From positions 1 through 63,449 of the forward strand of contig JAZTWT010000011.1 of NCBI GenBank assembly GCA_045636045.1: DNA of 63,449 nucleotides, written 5' to 3'. The stretch's first letter is position 1. Each line of letters starts with the position of its first letter. Below the pieces are notes generated by a model. That model ran no database searches, was not told the DNA's origin, and worked only from the letters and a program-made list of their open reading frames with translations. This stretch comes from Candidatus Enterousia sp. (GTDB taxonomy: Bacteria; Pseudomonadota; Alphaproteobacteria; Rs-D84). The position numbers and the translations under genes are program-made. This document shows, one piece after another, positions 8,814 to 17,582 of the stretch.

Positions 8814-9494
8814 TTATACACTTATTTCGTCCCCATACACCAGCAAATAACGCGTATCACGGCGCAAAACCAAAGCACCATTTTCATTTATCCCAACCAA
8901 TGTTGCAGGCGCACCCTGATAACGCACAGGACAATTCAAACATGCCGCCAATTCTAACCAACGCGCACGCACACCACGAAAATCTGCACGTCGCCATTTA
9001 TCCAGATTCCGCATCAGGCGATTTAATAATGATTCCAATGGCACTTCGGAATAATTGTCCATCTTGGTTGTTTTATATCGGTCAACCGTTGGATTTGATT
9101 TTACATTTATACCAATTCCGACAATAACAAAACGACCAGAATATTCAATCAGCGAACCAGAAATTTTCATGCCATCAACCAGGATATCATTTGGCCATTT
9201 AATCGTCGGATGTATGCCAAATGATGCGATTGTTTCTGCAACAGCCACCGCAACCGCATATGCCAAACGCGCATCACGTTCGTGGCAATCGTAAATAAAA
9301 CTGACATACAAATTACCGTGGTGCGATACCCATGGACGACGAAAACGACCACGCCCGGCAGATTGTGCCAATGCCCATATCGCTGTACGATCACGCGCCC
9401 CACCCTGGGCGATTAAATCATGTGCATAGTCCTGGGTGCTGGGGATTTTATCAAAAGATATCAGTTTATAGTTTGCCAAGTTTATATACCCCAT
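8814..9494 (-). CDS. birA: biotin--[acetyl-CoA-carboxylase] ligase, short form without HTH
   Basis: Contains DKIPSTQDYA and the GRGRFRRPW biotin-binding motif. The likely start is MGYINLANYKL at 9494. The longer ORF to 9713 overlaps the upstream gene. Confidence 0.75.
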   Translation of the reverse strand: MGYINLANYKLISFDKIPSTQDYAHDLIAQGGARDRTAIWALAQSAGRGRFRRPWVSHHGNLYVSFIYDCHERDARLAYAVAVAVAETIASFGIHPTIKWPNDILVDGMKISGSLIEYSGRFVIVGIGINVKSNPTVDRYKTTKMDNYSEVPLESLLNRLMRNLDKWRRADFRGVRARWLELAACLNCPVRYQGAPATLVGINENGALVLRRDTRYLLVYGDEISV

Positions 9495-9885
9495 CTGTGT
9501 TTTGAATGAATTCACGACCAAACCTTTGCCGCAGTTGATATATTGCGGTATCAATGGTATGCGATGTGACATTTGGTATAAACCCCAGCGCACCACGCAA
9601 ATCTGCGTATGCCATACCACCGGTTTTATGCAACAATACAATAATTCGCGACTGAAGTTGCGGCAAAGATATTCGCGAGCCAAATATCTGGGATAAAATA
9701 CATTCGTTATCACTGGCGGATAATATTGCCGCCTTTAACTGCAATGGTGTTATAATATCTGAGATACGCAAATCATCAAAGTTTATGTCGGTAATACTGG
9801 GCGCATCCGTGACAGTTGCCCCAAAATCCGCCAAGATTTGTCGCCATATTTCATCTGTTGTAAAAATACGAACGCCATTTAGCAT
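9466..9885 (-). CDS. winged-helix (OmpR/PhoB-type C-terminal) DNA-binding protein, no receiver domain
   Basis: The C-terminus LPQLQSRIIVLLHKTGG..ADL...LGF....TSHTIDTAIYQLRQRFG...I.N..GVYKLG matches the trans_reg_C pattern. Confidence 0.5.
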   Translation of the reverse strand: MLNGVRIFTTDEIWRQILADFGATVTDAPSITDINFDDLRISDIITPLQLKAAILSASDNECILSQIFGSRISLPQLQSRIIVLLHKTGGMAYADLRGALGFIPNVTSHTIDTAIYQLRQRFGREFIQNTDGVYKLGKL

Positions 9886-9982
9886 ATGCTTTTATTCTAG
9901 CCTAGATTGTAATAATTGTCCAATAAAAAACCACAACACATATAAATGCTGTGGTTTGGGGTGTCGAAAACCGATAAAAATT

Positions 9983-10228
9983 TTATTCACGCGCCACTTC
10001 GGGCACATCAATAAACTTGGTAAAATCCTGGATTTTTGCGCCTGTTGATGCCAAAATCTTGGAAATACTGTTTGTTGATGGCCAACGTGGCTGCCCTTCT
10101 TTGGACCAGCGTTTGCTGCGATTGAATGTTGTTGGATCCAGGCCACTGCATTTTGCCAAACCAGAACATGACATACCGTGTTCTGTTGCAAATTTTTCAA
10201 TGGCACGCCATACTTCTTCGTGTGTCAT
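9983..10228 (-). CDS. small HTH transcriptional regulator (81 aa)
   Basis: SD GGGAGAG. WRAIEKFATEHGMSCSGLAKCSGLDPTTFNRSKR is a CI/Cro-like HTH. Confidence 0.55.
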   Translation of the reverse strand: MTHEEVWRAIEKFATEHGMSCSGLAKCSGLDPTTFNRSKRWSKEGQPRWPSTNSISKILASTGAKIQDFTKFIDVPEVARE

Positions 10229-10385
10229 TTTTTCTCTCCCTCTTATTTTTTTAGCACAGCTCTTTTTGTCTGACCTAAACCGATTTTATTCCAGATTTCC
10301 GGGCATTACAACAAGCAGCATTTCCTAGGAATAGAATAAAAAAGCACAAGAAAAAAATATACTAAAATTTTTTTTGACAAAACAC

Positions 10386-10414
10386 TTGACAAATCGTTTT
10401 TTGTATACTATATT
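10386..10414 (+). promoter_or_regulatory. sigma70-type promoter TTGACA-17-TATATT
   Basis: TTGACA at 10386-10391 and TATATT at 10409-10414, with a 17-nt spacer. No ORF with an SD follows. Confidence 0.6.
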
Positions 10415-10420
10415 TCGATT

Positions 10421-10612
10421 CGTCAGAGGGGACAAATCCCGATGACCAGGTGCGAAAGCAACTGTGGGGACCAGAGGTTCAGACTCCCTCCTACATTCTC
10501 TCTCCTCTGGACTCTGGGCCCCAGAAACAAGTTTAGAGTGCCCAATTTCTTTTTCTCCTTTCCTTCCTTTCGGGGCACTCGGAAATACCGCCGGCAACGG
10601 CGGTGTTTTTTT
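10421..10612 (+). ncRNA. candidate trans-acting sRNA (~190 nt) with two hairpins carrying CU-rich anti-SD-like loops
   Basis: It runs from the promoter to an intrinsic terminator (ACCGCCG-GCAA-CGGCGGT plus T8, 10587-10612). Hairpin CCAGAGG/CCTCTGG has loop ..CUCCCUCCU.. and hairpin GAGTGCCC/GGGCACTC has loop ..CUCCUUUCCUUCCUUUC.. Confidence 0.5.
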
Positions 10613-10622
10613 ATAAAATTTT

Positions 10623-12821
10623 TTACATAAAATTAATTGGATTTACATCTATCTTGATACGAATGTTGGCAGGGGTCCTGACCTTGGCCAGCCAGTGCGA
10701 CACAATAGGTTGCAGATTTGCGTTTGCACCACCCGCAATTAAAAAACGCATACGATACCAATTACGTATCTGGTAAACCTGGGCAGTGATGGGACCCATA
10801 ATTTTCGCACCATTTAAAATTGGTGCCGCCGCTGCCAGGTCTGAACAAAAGCGGTGCAGAACAGGTTCTTTTTCTCCTTCGACAATAATTGCAATTAGCT
10901 GACCGTATGGTGGCATCTGTGCCATGCGACGACCAGTCATGTCCGTTTCCATAAATAAATCGCGATCGCAATTACATATTGCGGTTAAAACAGGATGTTC
11001 CGGTTGGTATGTCTGCATTAATACACGCCCCGGGAATTCGCCACGACCAGCACGGCCGGCAACCTGAAACAACTGTTGAAACGTGTGTTCAGCCGCACGA
11101 AAGTCCGTACCAAACAACCCCATGTCTGCATCAACAACCCCAACCAGGGTCAGGTTTGGAAAATGGTGCCCCTTGGCCAAGATTTGCGTACCAATAACGA
11201 TATCTATTTCGCCCGATTCCATTTTGTCGACCAATCTTTCCAGTGCCTGGCGTGATGTGATTATATCACTGGACACCAGGGCGGTTCGGGCGGATGGGAA
11301 ACGCACATTAACCTCTTCCTGAATCTTTTCCAGACCAACACCACGCATGGAAACATCAGAACCACAATCGGGACACGAACGCCCCAGGGGGGCGGTTCGA
11401 CCACACATGTGGCATAATAATTTGCCCAGGCGTTTGTGATATGTCATGCCAACACTGCAATCTGGACAGGTGGCTGTCCAGCCACATTTTTTACACTGAA
11501 CAATCGGCGCAAAACCACGACGGTTGATAAACAACATTGTCTGATGCCCAACACGCAATGTTTCGCCAATCGCATCGCATAATGGCGCAGACAAGAAGCC
11601 GGTCTGTTCTGTATCGTTTATAGCATATGTATCGGGACGATTTTCACGCAAATCGATTGTTTTTATTTCTGGCAATTGTGCCCCACCAAAGCGCGAGGTA
11701 AGGCGCAGGCGCATATATTTGCCCGAATTTACATTTTCCAGCGTTTCTGCCGCAGGGGTGGCAGATGCCAACACAACCGGAAACCCAGCGATTTTTGCAC
11801 GCAAAATTGCCATGTCGCGCGCGTGATAGTTGCCCATATCTTCTTGTTTGTACGATGTGTCATGCTCTTCATCAATTACAATCAATCCCAAATCAGTCCA
11901 CGGCAAGAACAATGCGCTGCGCGTGCCGACAACCATTTTTATTTTGCCGTTTAACACACCACGCCATATTTCACGACGACGGGCAGCCGTTAAATTACTG
12001 TGCCAGATTACTGGTGGTGCGCCAAAACGTTTGGTAAAGCGCGACATAAACTGGGCCGTCAGCGCAATTTCAGGCATCATCAATAATACAGACCGTCCCT
12101 GCTGATATGCACGCCAGGCAGAATCAAAATATACCTGGGTCTTGCCACTGCCGGTAATTCCGTCCAACAGGTGTACAGAAAAACCACCACGCGTTATTGC
12201 ATTGCCAATTTGGTTGGCTGCCAACTGCTGTTCATCGTTTAATTCAACATTTCCAGAATCCATATATTCATAACAAAAACTGTCCAATGTTTTTTCACGT
12301 GTAGCCGTTGGCAACAATGTACCATTTTTTATCATTGTACGCACAGCCGCAGCGGATACACGCGCAATGTTCTGAATATCTGATACGGTCATCGAATCAT
12401 TATCATTTGATGAAAACGCGTCCATAACCGCCATGCGATTGTCTGTCATACGTGCACTGGATTCAAAATTATATGCGTACAGTTGTTCCAGACGCGGTGC
12501 AGAAAATGCATCAGAAACATTAACAATCAGGCGCAAAATCATACCCAATGGAATCAGTGTCCAATCCGACATCTTTTTCATCCATTGCAAATCCGATATA
12601 TTCAAGTGCGCATTGTAAATTTCTGACACATCTTTTATCTTTTCGGGTGCCAGATTACTGTCCCCCAATCCCCATATAACACCAATGCACGGACGATTCA
12701 TAACACGGACAGATACAAACGCGCCAATATCTGCCGGTGCGGTCAGACGATAATCATAACCACTGTTGGGAATATTTGATATTAAGACTTTTACAATCGC
12801 GCCAGAATTAAACATGCCCAT
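10623..12821 (-). CDS. priA: primosomal protein N' (replication restart helicase)
   Basis: 732 aa with Walker A GITGSGKT, DEEHD, a Cys-rich zinc region (CKKCGW..CPDC..CHMCG..CPDCG) and the C-terminal helicase domain. Confidence 0.9.
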   Translation of the reverse strand: MGMFNSGAIVKVLISNIPNSGYDYRLTAPADIGAFVSVRVMNRPCIGVIWGLGDSNLAPEKIKDVSEIYNAHLNISDLQWMKKMSDWTLIPLGMILRLIVNVSDAFSAPRLEQLYAYNFESSARMTDNRMAVMDAFSSNDNDSMTVSDIQNIARVSAAAVRTMIKNGTLLPTATREKTLDSFCYEYMDSGNVELNDEQQLAANQIGNAITRGGFSVHLLDGITGSGKTQVYFDSAWRAYQQGRSVLLMMPEIALTAQFMSRFTKRFGAPPVIWHSNLTAARRREIWRGVLNGKIKMVVGTRSALFLPWTDLGLIVIDEEHDTSYKQEDMGNYHARDMAILRAKIAGFPVVLASATPAAETLENVNSGKYMRLRLTSRFGGAQLPEIKTIDLRENRPDTYAINDTEQTGFLSAPLCDAIGETLRVGHQTMLFINRRGFAPIVQCKKCGWTATCPDCSVGMTYHKRLGKLLCHMCGRTAPLGRSCPDCGSDVSMRGVGLEKIQEEVNVRFPSARTALVSSDIITSRQALERLVDKMESGEIDIVIGTQILAKGHHFPNLTLVGVVDADMGLFGTDFRAAEHTFQQLFQVAGRAGRGEFPGRVLMQTYQPEHPVLTAICNCDRDLFMETDMTGRRMAQMPPYGQLIAIIVEGEKEPVLHRFCSDLAAAAPILNGAKIMGPITAQVYQIRNWYRMRFLIAGGANANLQPIVSHWLAKVRTPANIRIKIDVNPINFM

Positions 12822-12886
12822 AAAGTACTTGTTTTTTTCCTAAAATTCAATACCATTTATAGCAATTTGATAAAGGACATTATTTT

Positions 12887-13606
12887 ATGTGGCGTTTTTA
12901 TTTTGAAATTTGCGATTTCTTGGCCGGCTTGATACCAAACAAAAAACTGCGCGAAAAAATTAGACGCGAAGATCTGTATGATTATAGAAAAAAATACAAT
13001 GCACTGCGCCGTGCATTAACCCAGGCTGAATTCAAGCATGTACGTGTTATTAAAGGGGGATGGAATATTGGTTTCATCGTAGATAATAAGTATGTATGCA
13101 AAATTAGAAAGCATTATGATCGCGACATCCCAACAGAAAAAATTATGCGAGAAAAGCGTATAACAGATGCATTTGGAAAAATAGTTCCGTTAAAAATTCT
13201 GAAAATCGACATCCTGAAAGCGGGTGGTTATACATTCTATAAATATAATTTTATCCCGGGCAAAAATCTGAATCGTATGCGCCTGAAAACTATTATTAAG
13301 TATCGCAACAAATGGGGCAAGCAGTTGGCAGACTTTATTTATACAATGCACAATAACGACCCGATTGAAATTGCAGATTTGAAATCTGGCGATGGCGACG
13401 GATGGAATCACAATGATATTTGCAACAATATAATTGTCGATAAAAAAACAATGAGAATTGTTGGCATAATTGACTGGGAATATTCTGGATGGGGAAAATT
13501 ACAGACAGAATTTAAAAACTGTATTCAGTTCTCTGATAAGATGAAACTGTCTGGAATTGGCGAAATTATTAAAAACGAATATAATAAAATCCAGCGCAAA
13601 CCTTGA
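12887..13606 (+). CDS. APH-family (aminoglycoside/choline kinase-like) phosphotransferase
   Basis: The catalytic loop HNDICNNIIV and IIDWEYSGWG (Brenner and DxD-type motifs) are present. Confidence 0.6.
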   Translation: MWRFYFEICDFLAGLIPNKKLREKIRREDLYDYRKKYNALRRALTQAEFKHVRVIKGGWNIGFIVDNKYVCKIRKHYDRDIPTEKIMREKRITDAFGKIVPLKILKIDILKAGGYTFYKYNFIPGKNLNRMRLKTIIKYRNKWGKQLADFIYTMHNNDPIEIADLKSGDGDGWNHNDICNNIIVDKKTMRIVGIIDWEYSGWGKLQTEFKNCIQFSDKMKLSGIGEIIKNEYNKIQRKP

Positions 13607-13659
13607 CAAATCATATTTTTTGCATATACTGTTCTTGTAAAAAAAATCAAGGAACTTTT

Positions 13660-14214
13660 ATGCAACAAGATAATACCACAAAAAATTATGTGCGCGGCGA
13701 AGCAGCAAAAAGATGCTTTGGTGATTATGCCAAATTTATTTCTGAATTGGTGATAGATAAGTTTGGTGCCTCGTTCGAAACACAGGACGCGGTACGTAAT
13801 TCATGGCGCGACACATACGAATACAGGGCCGAAATAGAAAAATTCCTGATTGCAAAATCAAATCTGTTTATTAAAACACTGGATTCCAGATTGGCCAGCA
13901 GTTCTGATTTGGGATTTCTGCATGCAGTAATCAGGGAAATCGCAGATTATTTGTCACGCTATACCAAACGCAAAAAACCGGGCATGTTGCGCAAGGAAGC
14001 AATACGCGAATTAGAATGCGAGTTGTGGGATAATAATTCATATATCAAAGATATGAAAATACGCCAGGCAAATAACCGTTTTGCACGAAAATCACCAAAA
14101 TACGCAGCAAAAAAGCGAAAAGATGAACGACGCGAAATGGAAAGACAGGAACGCGAAATAAGACAACAAATCAGAGCAGTGTTTATTGAATCTGCATATT
14201 ATCGTAAAAAATAA
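13660..14214 (+). CDS. hypothetical protein with a highly basic/acidic C-terminal tail
   Basis: ATG at 13660 (MQQDNTTKNY). No motif recognised. The C-terminus is KKRKDERREMERQEREIRQQ. Confidence 0.4.
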   Translation: MQQDNTTKNYVRGEAAKRCFGDYAKFISELVIDKFGASFETQDAVRNSWRDTYEYRAEIEKFLIAKSNLFIKTLDSRLASSSDLGFLHAVIREIADYLSRYTKRKKPGMLRKEAIRELECELWDNNSYIKDMKIRQANNRFARKSPKYAAKKRKDERREMERQEREIRQQIRAVFIESAYYRKK

Positions 14215-14223
14215 TGATTATTT

Positions 14224-15111
14224 TTAAATAATTGCTTCAATATCTGCGTCGGTGCCACCGGCGCAGTTTATTATTGTGTTTGGATTATACTGTGTACGAA
14301 ACCATGTTCGTTGCCGCTTGGCGTACTGGTTCGTTTTTGTTATCCAATTTTGAATACATTCTTCACGTGATATGTCACCGCGAATGAATTTACATAACTG
14401 GGATGCACCAATCGCACGATTTTCATCCCAATTTGAATCGATAATGTTTTGCGCCTCAACCAATGCGCCGCCAGACAGCATTTCAGGTATGCGTGTTGCA
14501 ATCCTTTCGCGCGAGACATCGGAATCTGGACAAATTAAGACACGATATGCATCGGGCACAACAGCACCAATTCGCGGTGCGTTTTGAAATTCTGACAGAT
14601 GATGCCCAGTTTCAAAAAAAACTTCCACCGCACGGGCAACACGTTGTGGATCAGTCGCAGTAAAATCGGTTGGCAGCAAATTACGCGCTGCTTCAATATC
14701 GACAGCCACCAAATCACGGGCACGTGCACGATTTTCATCAGAAACATCAGGCATTGGCGAAATACCGTTAATCAGCGCATTTATATAATACCCCGTCCCC
14801 CCCACAAATATTGGGGTGCGCCCCGCCCCGATTGCCGCGTTATATTCTGTGCGCGCCATGTTCAAATAATCCGCAACAGATATTTGTTCTGTCAACGGCA
14901 AAATGGAAAACAGGCGATACGGAATACCATCAATATTATCCGCAATTTCGCGACATGCAAACGGACTGGCCGAAATGTTTTCAATTCCGCGGTAAATTTG
15001 AACACTGTCGCAATTTATTATCACACCATTAATACGGCATGCTAAACGGTGGGCAAAATCAGATTTACCCGACGCGGTTGGTCCAGCAATAATATATGCA
15101 CAGTGCTTCAT
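14224..15111 (-). CDS. miaA: tRNA dimethylallyltransferase
   Basis: Start MKHCAYIIAGPTASGKS (P-loop) at 15111. Family motifs NCDSVQIYRG and YAKRQRTWFR are present. Confidence 0.9.
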   Translation of the reverse strand: MKHCAYIIAGPTASGKSDFAHRLACRINGVIINCDSVQIYRGIENISASPFACREIADNIDGIPYRLFSILPLTEQISVADYLNMARTEYNAAIGAGRTPIFVGGTGYYINALINGISPMPDVSDENRARARDLVAVDIEAARNLLPTDFTATDPQRVARAVEVFFETGHHLSEFQNAPRIGAVVPDAYRVLICPDSDVSRERIATRIPEMLSGGALVEAQNIIDSNWDENRAIGASQLCKFIRGDISREECIQNWITKTNQYAKRQRTWFRTQYNPNTIINCAGGTDADIEAII

Positions 15112-15226
15112 TATGTGTTGATTATAGTCAAGATATCCTGAATGTAAATAAAATATTGAAAAATTGAAAATTCTGGTGCTAAGATAATCATGTCCGATAT
15201 AAAAATATAAACGAAAGGAAATATGT

Positions 15227-16228
15227 ATGTCTAGATTAAGAGTTGCCATTAATGGATTTGGTCGCATTGGGCGTTTGGTATTACGCGCAGCACTGGAGGC
15301 AAAACGTGATGATATTGAATTTGTTGCAGTAAATGATTTGGCACCTGCAGAACAGAACGCATATCTGTTGAAATACGATTCTGTGCACGGGAACCTGCCA
15401 ATGGATGTTAAATTAGAAGGTGAATATATCATCGTTGGAAATCAGAAAATCAAATGCATTTCAGAACGCGCCCCAGAAAAATTACCATGGGGTGAATTAG
15501 ATATCGATGTTGTTATGGAATGTACGGGTATGTTTACCGCCGCGGACAAGGCCCGCGTACATCTGACCGCAGGGGCGAAACGCGTGCTGGTTTCTGCACC
15601 ATCGGCCGGCGCAGATAAAACAATTGTATTTGGCGTTAACCAGGATACATTGACACCAGATGATTTAATCGTTTCAAACGCGTCATGCACAACAAACTGT
15701 CTGGCACCGGTGGTCAAGGTTCTGAACGATAAATTTGGCGTTGTATCTGGCTGGATGACAACAGTTCACGCATACACCGGCGACCAACAATTATTGGATA
15801 AAAACCACAAGGATTTCCGTCGTGCACGCGCGGCAAACCTGTCGATGATTCCAACCAGCACAGGCGCAGCCAAGGCAATAGGCCTGGTGTTACCAGAACT
15901 GGCCGGGAAATTAGATGGTATGGCAATTCGCGTTCCAACACCGGATGTGTCGGTTGTCGAACTGGTTGTTAACCTGAACAAGGATGCAACAGTTGATGAG
16001 ATTAACAATGCTATGAAAGATGCCCAATCTGAGACATTTGGATATAATGATTTACCATTGGTTTCGATTGACTTTACACATGATGCGCACAGTTCAATCT
16101 TTGACGCCGGTCAGACCAAGGTATTGGGAGAAAAATTGGCACACGTGACCGCATGGTATGATAATGAATGGGGCTTTTCAAACCGCATGTCAGATACAGC
16201 TGTTGCAATGGGCAAATTAATAAAGTAA
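15227..16228 (+). CDS. gap: glyceraldehyde-3-phosphate dehydrogenase
   Basis: INGFGRIGR NAD motif, SNASCTTNCLAP active site and WYDNEWGFS C-terminal motif. Confidence 0.93.
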   Translation: MSRLRVAINGFGRIGRLVLRAALEAKRDDIEFVAVNDLAPAEQNAYLLKYDSVHGNLPMDVKLEGEYIIVGNQKIKCISERAPEKLPWGELDIDVVMECTGMFTAADKARVHLTAGAKRVLVSAPSAGADKTIVFGVNQDTLTPDDLIVSNASCTTNCLAPVVKVLNDKFGVVSGWMTTVHAYTGDQQLLDKNHKDFRRARAANLSMIPTSTGAAKAIGLVLPELAGKLDGMAIRVPTPDVSVVELVVNLNKDATVDEINNAMKDAQSETFGYNDLPLVSIDFTHDAHSSIFDAGQTKVLGEKLAHVTAWYDNEWGFSNRMSDTAVAMGKLIK

Positions 16229-16235
16229 AAAAACA

Positions 16236-16259
16236 CCCGCCAAATTGGCGGGATTTTTT
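16236..16259 (+). terminator. rho-independent terminator after gap
   Basis: CCCGCC-AAATT-GGCGGG followed by a T-run. Confidence 0.7.
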
Positions 16260-16345
16260 ATCCCTTCTGGGCAATAAATCTCTGCCTGCACTGGAATTGC
16301 TAGAATTGAAGAAGAAGAATTATTACACGCATATATGGTGAGTTT

Positions 16346-16430
<85 letters not shown>

Positions 16431-16538
16431 ATTACATTTTTATTCAAAAAACACTTTTTCTATTTTATGATAAAAAAAACTTGATTTCCAGTAAAATTTA
16501 ACATACAATCGGCGCATAATAAATAAAAGGCGAATAAA

Positions 16539-16718
16539 ATGGCATCTAAAAAAGGTAGTAAAGAAGTTGTACAGTTGAGAAATAACGAAACTGGTGTCTT
16601 CTATATCACAACAAAAAATACAAAGTCTGAAAACACTCAGGGTAAAATGAAATTCCGCAAGTATGATAAAAAACTGCGCAAGCATGTTGTTATGACAGAA
16701 GCGAAGGTTTCACACTAA
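16539..16718 (+). CDS. rpmG: 50S ribosomal protein L33 (59 aa, below the ORF-track cutoff)
   Basis: Hand translation gives MASKKGSKEVVQLRNNETGVFYITTKNTKSENTQGKMKFRKYDKKLRKHVVMTEAKVSH, which carries the typical YxTxKN...KxxxxKYxxxLRKH pattern. Confidence 0.85.
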   Translation: MASKKGSKEVVQLRNNETGVFYITTKNTKSENTQGKMKFRKYDKKLRKHVVMTEAKVSH

Positions 16719-16912
16719 TACCCCTGGTTTATTAGATTAGAAAGTTTTAAAATGCCCCTTTTGGGGTATTTTTTTTACAAAAAAGCATACATTTTGTATA
16801 AAACATTCTACAAAACACTTGACTTTTATATAAAAAAACATAAAATTTGCATAAACTTTTCGCCATTTGGCGTAAAATAATAACAAACGAACAAATAAAT
16901 AAGAGAAAGAAA

Positions 16913-17212
16913 ATGCGCGATTTTGCAATCTTTCAGACCGGCGGCAAACAGTATCGCGTTGCACAGGGCGATATTATCAAGGTTGAAAAACTGAATGCCG
17001 AAGGTAATGTTGAATTCGACCAGGTTTTAATGGTCGGTGACAAAATTGGCACACCATTCGTAGAAGGCGCCAAGATTGTCGCAGAAGTTATCGAACAGAA
17101 ACGCGCTGACAAGATTCTGGTGTTCAAGAAAAAACGCCGTCAGAACTATCGCCGCACAGCAGGCCATCGTCAGTTCATCACTGTTTTGAAAATCAAAGAA
17201 ATCAAAGCGTAA
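16913..17212 (+). CDS. rplU: 50S ribosomal protein L21
   Basis: The internal ATG at 16913 gives [20 protein letters not shown]... Confidence 0.9.
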   Translation: MRDFAIFQTGGKQYRVAQGDIIKVEKLNAEGNVEFDQVLMVGDKIGTPFVEGAKIVAEVIEQKRADKILVFKKKRRQNYRRTAGHRQFITVLKIKEIKA

Positions 17213-17224
17213 GGAGTCAGAACT

Positions 17225-17491
17225 ATGGCACATAAGAAAGCTGGTTCGGCGTCAATGAACGGACGCGATTCTGCAGGACGCAGACTTGGCGTTAAAAAAT
17301 CTGGTGGCAGCCGTGTTATCCCAGGCAATATCATCATTCGTCAGCGTGGTACATCTGTACACCCAGGACTGAATGTTGGTATGGGTAAAGACCACACAAT
17401 CTTTGCAAAGATTGCCGGCATTGTTAAGTTCAAAAAAGGCAACGGCGACCGCAGAACGGTTTCTGTCGTTCCAGAAGACGAAGCAAAATAA
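17225..17491 (+). CDS. rpmA: 50S ribosomal protein L27
   Basis: [25 protein letters not shown]... is the canonical L27 N-terminus. Confidence 0.93.
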   Translation: MAHKKAGSASMNGRDSAGRRLGVKKSGGSRVIPGNIIIRQRGTSVHPGLNVGMGKDHTIFAKIAGIVKFKKGNGDRRTVSVVPEDEAK

Positions 17492-17496
17492 TAAAA

Positions 17497-17520
17497 ATCC
17501 CCCGTTCGGGGGATTTTTTA
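17497..17520 (+). terminator. rho-independent terminator after rpmA
   Basis: ATCCCCC-GTTC-GGGGGAT followed by a T-run. Confidence 0.75.
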
Positions 17521-17582
17521 TTTGCAAATCTGATATCTTTTTCCTAGGATACCCGTATATAAATAAACATATAGGAAAGGTC

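Noticed and set aside
10325-10630. ORFs 10325-10597 (minus strand) and 10442-10630 (plus strand) in the priA-proximal intergenic region.
   Set aside because: They give low-complexity translations and have no SD. The region is bracketed by a consensus promoter and an intrinsic terminator and folds into hairpins, so an sRNA interpretation is preferred.
15112-15432. N-terminal 107-aa extension of the miaA ORF (ORF track 14224-15432) overlapping the gap start.
   Set aside because: The conserved MiaA N-terminus with its P-loop begins at the internal ATG (15111). The extension has no SD and would run through the gap promoter and start.
16440-16685. 81-aa minus-strand ORF, and the 63-aa minus-strand ORF at 40826-41017.
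   Set aside because: They are antisense to the hand-identified rpmG (L33) and ferredoxin genes, both of which have clear family signatures and SDs.
17373-17582. 70-aa N-terminal extension of the glycosyltransferase ORF that overlaps rpmA and its terminator.
   Set aside because: The extension reads through the rpmA 3' end and a strong terminator hairpin. The canonical GT2 start MPKVSVIVPCYN begins at 17583.
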